A stretch of DNA of 64,000 bases from Camelus ferus (Eukaryota): the NCBI RefSeq assembly GCF_009834535.1, contig NC_045708.1, forward strand, positions 31,620,001-31,684,000, given 5' to 3'. Positions 61,261 to 64,000 of this stretch are shown here, piece by piece. The position numbers and the translations under genes are program-made. Below the pieces are notes generated by a model, which saw only the letters and a program-made list of their open reading frames with translations, had not been told where the DNA came from and ran no database searches. The first letter of the stretch is position 1. The number at the start of each line of letters is the position of its first letter.

Positions 61261-63299
61261 AGTCTTAGGACCCTGGCTTACCTTTACAGTCTCATTGCTC
61301 AGTCTTGCCTCTCCTCCAAACAGGACTGTCAGGTCAATCAATTTTAAGAGTCAAGTCCTGGAGTCCTCACTAGGTAGATATAGACCTCACAGTTTCCAGG
61401 AAAGATAGTGGAGGAAGCATAATCTCCATTTGCTGTGATGGAGGGTATGGATAGGCTGTAGGAGTAGGGGAGGGACCTCAGTTCTGCCTAGATCCAAGGT
61501 CGGCTACCTGTGGCCACTTGTGGCCACCTGTAGGCCACCTATCCAGCCTTCCCGGAGGGTTCTTGCTTCATGCCTTCCCTCTTTTTTGAGCACCCTTGTC
61601 CCCATTTCCGTTTGTATATACCCTACCCATCTTCAAAACTTGTCCCAATGCTATTCTCGTCCGGAAGCCTTCTTTTCTCCTCCCAGTTGCAGTCAATCTT
61701 TCCACGGTACACACAAAGCACGCTGTGTACATCTGATTAACATGCTCCTCACACACAGCCGTTGCGGCATGGTTATTTGTGTCCAAATCTGCTTTCCCCA
61801 CCAGCTGGAGAAATCATCTAGGGCAGAGGTGTGATTCTTCTGTGTGCCCGGAGCTGGGCACTGAGCGGGTACCGCCGCAGTCGCAGTGTAGGCCGAGTAA
61901 GGGAGCGTTTTCTCTGCGGTCTTTGGAAACACTTAGGCATGCTCAGTGCTACCCATTAGTCCCTTCCTATAACTAGTCCCAATCTTCTGATGCTCCCTCA
62001 CTTTTGAGGGTCTTTAATCTCTTAGGTTCCTTGCCTACTTCTCCACTCCTCACCCTCTCTAGCCTTTATCTCCTAGCGGCCGAAGCATCAGGCTTTCAGC
62101 AAAGAAACAGAACCTGGCTGTGTACAAGAGCTGTCAGACAGTCAGGGACGCGGCTCCTTTAAGAGTGACCCGCGAAGGGCGTGGTCTGCGGAGAGCAGGC
62201 CCGAAAGGGGGCGCGGCTCCTTTAAGAAGCAGCCGGCAAGCTGAGAGGAGGCCCCAGAACGGCAGGAAGAGGCGAGGTCGCTTTCGGAGCTGCTGCACCT
62301 CCTGGAGCGCCCCGATTCCTCGAAGCGGGGCGCGTCCACCTTAATCCGAGTGCGAGGCGATGGGGGCGGGCGTTACATCAGCCGCCACGTGTGGGCCTCT
62401 GAGCTGGTGAGGGGGCGGCAGCCCCGCCCCCGGTCCCTGCGGTGGAAAAGTACCGGGGCGCCCAGGTCCCCGCCCCCTTGCCCCTCCCCCGGGCCGGCTA
62501 CGGCCCCTCCCGGCCCTCCGGGAAAGCCCCCCCTCCCGCCCTGCCCGGGCCCCGCCGCTTGGCCCCGCCGCTTTCTCCCGCCCGGCAGTGGCTGCGGGGT
62601 GCGGGGCGCCGGCTAGGGGTGGGCGCCCCGGGCTGCTAGGCCCCTGCTCTCACCTGCGGCCGCCCGGGCTCGCCCTACGTGCACCCGGAATGAAGGCTGG
62701 GGTGGGGAGGACGCAGATTCTTTCCGGGGTAGCAGCCCCCAAAGAACACCACGGGCATAGCCCCTTCCCAAAGCCGTGGCCGGGAGTCGCGGACAAAGAC
62801 ACCCCGAAGGCGCCGAGACTCCCTGTCGCGGCTTCCCGGGACCTGCGGGCGCGCGGGAACCCGCACCCGGCCGGCGAGTGGGCGGGCAGATAGGGAGGCC
62901 GGCCGGCTGGAGGGACCAGATAGGCAGCCAGGCCGGCCAGCAGGGCGAGGAGATGGAAAGCCGGAGCTCGCATGCCGGGCACAGACCGGGCCCGCTGGTT
63001 CTCGTCGCCCGCAGGCCCCCGGCGCGCAGACCCACTGGCGCCTCAGACAGACGCTTTGGTTCCGGCACTGCCCGCACATCCTTGCGCCCGTCGCCCGGGA
63101 CCGAACCGAAGTCGGCACGCAGCTCCCCCTCCTCCGGGAGCGCCCCCTCGCCCCGCGCCACCGTTCCTGCCCGCTTCAGCTCCTCGGTGACACTGGTGAC
63201 ACCCAGACGCGCGCACCTACCCCGACCTTTCCGGCGAGACAGACCATCCCCGTGCGTGCACCCACACTCTTACCCACAGATGCCCGCATGCATGCGCGA

Positions 63300-63300
<1 letters not shown>

Positions 63301-63330
<30 letters not shown>
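63301..63330 (+). repeat. (CA)15 microsatellite
   Basis: Direct reading; preceded by GCATGCATGCGCG. Confidence 0.95.
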
Positions 63331-63331
<1 letters not shown>

Positions 63332-63484
63332 CCCCGCGGACTGTGTGTCCGACGGCAGGACTGACTGAGGCGCAGCCGCAGCCGCAGCGCCCCCTTCCCC
63401 CAGCCCCTTACCATGCTGCAGCCCCCGGCCCGGGCGTGCTGGGTCCGCACCGCGGTGCACCCAGGTGGTTTTCTTAAAGGGAAA

Positions 63485-63493
63485 GTTGCATCA
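63485..63493 (-). promoter_or_regulatory. C/EBP-ATF composite (amino-acid response element) TGATGCAAC
   Basis: Exact match to consensus TGATGXAAX in the SLC6A9 CpG island; GlyT1 is an established ATF4-dependent gene. Confidence 0.6.
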
Positions 63494-64000
63494 GCCTCCT
63501 GAGGCTCAGTGCTGCCGTGAGTCCGCCCGCCCCGCCGCGCCACTCGCCGCTCCTCCAGAGCTAGTTGTGTTTTGGTTTCGGGGAGGCGGGGGCCAAGAGT
63601 TTGGTGAAAGTTTGGAGAGTGAAGAAGGCTTGGGAGACCTAGCCAAGTCCCTCCCCTCTCTGAACAGCTCCCCTGGCCGCCCTGCCTCCCCCCCATCTCA
63701 TCCCCACCCTGGCCGACTTCTTAGGCTCCTCCTCCCAGGGAATAAAATTACAAGTCGCTCCAGCTTTTAGATGATTGATCCTCACGAACCCCTGGGAGTG
63801 GGCTCTGTAAAGGAGCCCCCTTCTCCGTCCCTGCCTCGCTGCCCTCCAGCTGGGGCCCTTGGAGGAAGCAGATGTCGTCCCCTTCGGGCTAGGCTGGAAT
63901 GAAGCTAGAAGGCCTTGGGCACTCGGGGTGCTGAGGCTTGAGTTAGCCTGAAAGGCCCCCGGCTTTCTGCGCCTGCGTTCCCCCTAGAGAGAAGTCAGAG

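Larger units (their letters stand above)
62140..63560 (-). promoter_or_regulatory. SLC6A9 5' CpG island with candidate first-exon donors at 62654 (CAG|GTGAGA), 63274 (TGG|GTAAGA) and 63412 (ATG|GTAAGG)
   Basis: Dense CpG; three near-consensus minus-strand 5' splice sites upstream of the non-coding acceptor at 57930, which needs an upstream exon. Confidence 0.65.

Noticed and set aside
62613-63696. Several 100-233-aa ORFs on both strands at the SLC6A9 island
   Set aside because: GC-rich and (CA)n-derived, with no protein-like signature

Overview
Eutherian genomic DNA, GC-rich and gene-dense. Gene order matches the block I recognise from human 1p34.1: the 3' part of IPO13 (+), then complete DPH2 (+, 489 aa), ATP6V0B (+, 205 aa), B4GALT2 (+, 369 aa), CCDC24 (+, 311 aa), and SLC6A9/GlyT1 (-), which converges tail-to-tail on CCDC24 and has alternative first coding exons (GlyT1a, GlyT1b). 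I built all exon chains by hand from GT-AG sites and phase continuity. Three IPO13 exons and one SLC6A9 exon are not visible and are inferred to lie in N-gaps. Interspersed repeats are all ancient (MIR, L2, MER20, MER3-like, MER45A, one L1 scrap); I recognised no young lineage-specific SINE. I found no RNA gene, CRISPR array or foreign insert, and no convincing wholly new gene system. The most interesting unexplained structures are: (1) a 14-unit, ~34-bp degenerate tandem array built from the L2/MIR 3' tail in an SLC6A9 intron; (2) a strong-Kozak, RSPE-repeat uORF in B4GALT2 exon 1 that is in frame with the main CDS and separated from it by one UGA; (3) a compact AARE + TATA-like + ATG|GT micro-exon at the SLC6A9 CpG island; (4) an in-phase intronic donor in IPO13 that may mark a short C-terminal isoform; (5) a frame-broken homologue of the GlyT1c cassette exon; (6) overlapping sense and antisense poly(A) signals in one 9-nt stretch between CCDC24 and SLC6A9. 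Gene names and human comparisons come from recalled protein sequences, not from a database search. Repeat boundaries are approximate.
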